Made by a program: the position numbers and the translations under genes. Positions 63,114 through 64,000 of a stretch of 64,000 bases of DNA are shown piece after piece. The notes under the pieces are model-generated. The model saw only the letters and a program-made list of their open reading frames with translations. It did no database searches and had not been told where the DNA came from. The stretch's first letter is position 1, and each line of letters starts with the position of its first letter. Source of the DNA: Chiloscyllium plagiosum (lineage: Eukaryota); contig NC_057720.1 in assembly GCF_004010195.1 (NCBI RefSeq), forward strand, positions 1,075,700 through 1,139,699, given 5' to 3'.

Positions 63114-64000
63114 TATATTTAATTCTTTGAGGATATGTCCTCTCCCCACTCAACGCACACTTTCACCCAACCCCTCCCCCTGACCTCTTGTCTCCCATAA
63201 GACATAGGAGCAGAAATTAGGCCATTCAGCCCATTGAGTCTGCTCCACCATCCCATCAACCCCATTTTCCTGCTTTCTTCCCTTAACCTTTGATCCCCTT
63301 TGCAATCAAGAACCTGTGTCTTAAATATACTCAATGACCTGACCTCTACAGCCTCCTGTGGCAATGAATTCCACAGATTCACCACTCGCCTTGACCTCTT
63401 CATGAGGAACTACAGATATGACATCAACCTGCTTAACTTCTCTGCTCGCTTCACCCACTGCAGCATGTCTCCAGCAATAAAGTTTCAACTTTGATCTCCA
63501 GCATCTGCAGACCTCACTTTCTCCTCGAACTACAGATATGACATCAACCTGCTTAACTTCTCTGCTCGCTTCACCCACTGCAGCATGTCTCCCTCTGAAG
63601 TTGCTGCACTCCATTCTCTCAGGTGAAACCACTGAAAAAGGGTAGTACTGCCGAGTTCTGGTGTGCTGATCTCTACCTTGAAGAAGCAGAGTGCCAACTC
63701 TCAGCCACTTCCTCCTGCCTCCCTACCAGCCATAAACATCCAGCTATTGTTTATTCCTGTCTTGATTCTATTTGTTTCCCCTTGTCCAATCTCTTCAAAC
63801 TCACATCACATAGGAACATCCAAACATTGGAACAGGAGGAGGCCATTCAGCCCCTTGAGACTATTCTATCAGTCAGTCAGTGAGACCATAGCCAATCTGT
63901 GGCCTAACTCCATACACCTGCTTTTGGCCCATAGCCCTTCATTCCATTGCTTAACAAAAAAAGTATCTACCACAGATTTACAATTAAAAACGGATCCTGC

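Noticed and set aside
51335..64000. ERICH3 first coding exon or promoter
   Set aside because: No convincing ATG-containing phase-2 exon or CpG island was found by eye. It probably lies beyond the window.

Overview
Eukaryotic (vertebrate) genomic DNA. The repeat families (HE1-like V-SINEs, CR1/HER1-like LINEs, Deu-like SINE pieces) point to a cartilaginous fish, probably a shark; this taxon call is an inference. The window holds nine consecutive, phase-compatible GT-AG coding exons of ERICH3 (C1orf173, DUF4590) on the minus strand (51334 down to 2750, 1421 nt, about 473 codons). The first coding exon and the large Glu-rich 3' part were not found and probably lie outside the window. The introns are mostly decayed and nested retroelements: CR1 LINEs (two near full length with an esterase ORF1), a 5'-inverted Penelope element, Rex1/Babar and Gypsy fragments, a solo LTR, pogo/Tigger-like MITEs, SINEs and a dispersed 32-bp minisatellite. 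There are four assembly gaps. The most striking unannotated signal is about a dozen short non-coding insertions in four sequence families that carry minimal type I hammerhead-ribozyme cores (CTGAnGA-hairpin-GAAA-palindrome). Several have clean target-site duplications, three form head-to-head inverted pairs, and one tail fragment has a 66-bp duplication.
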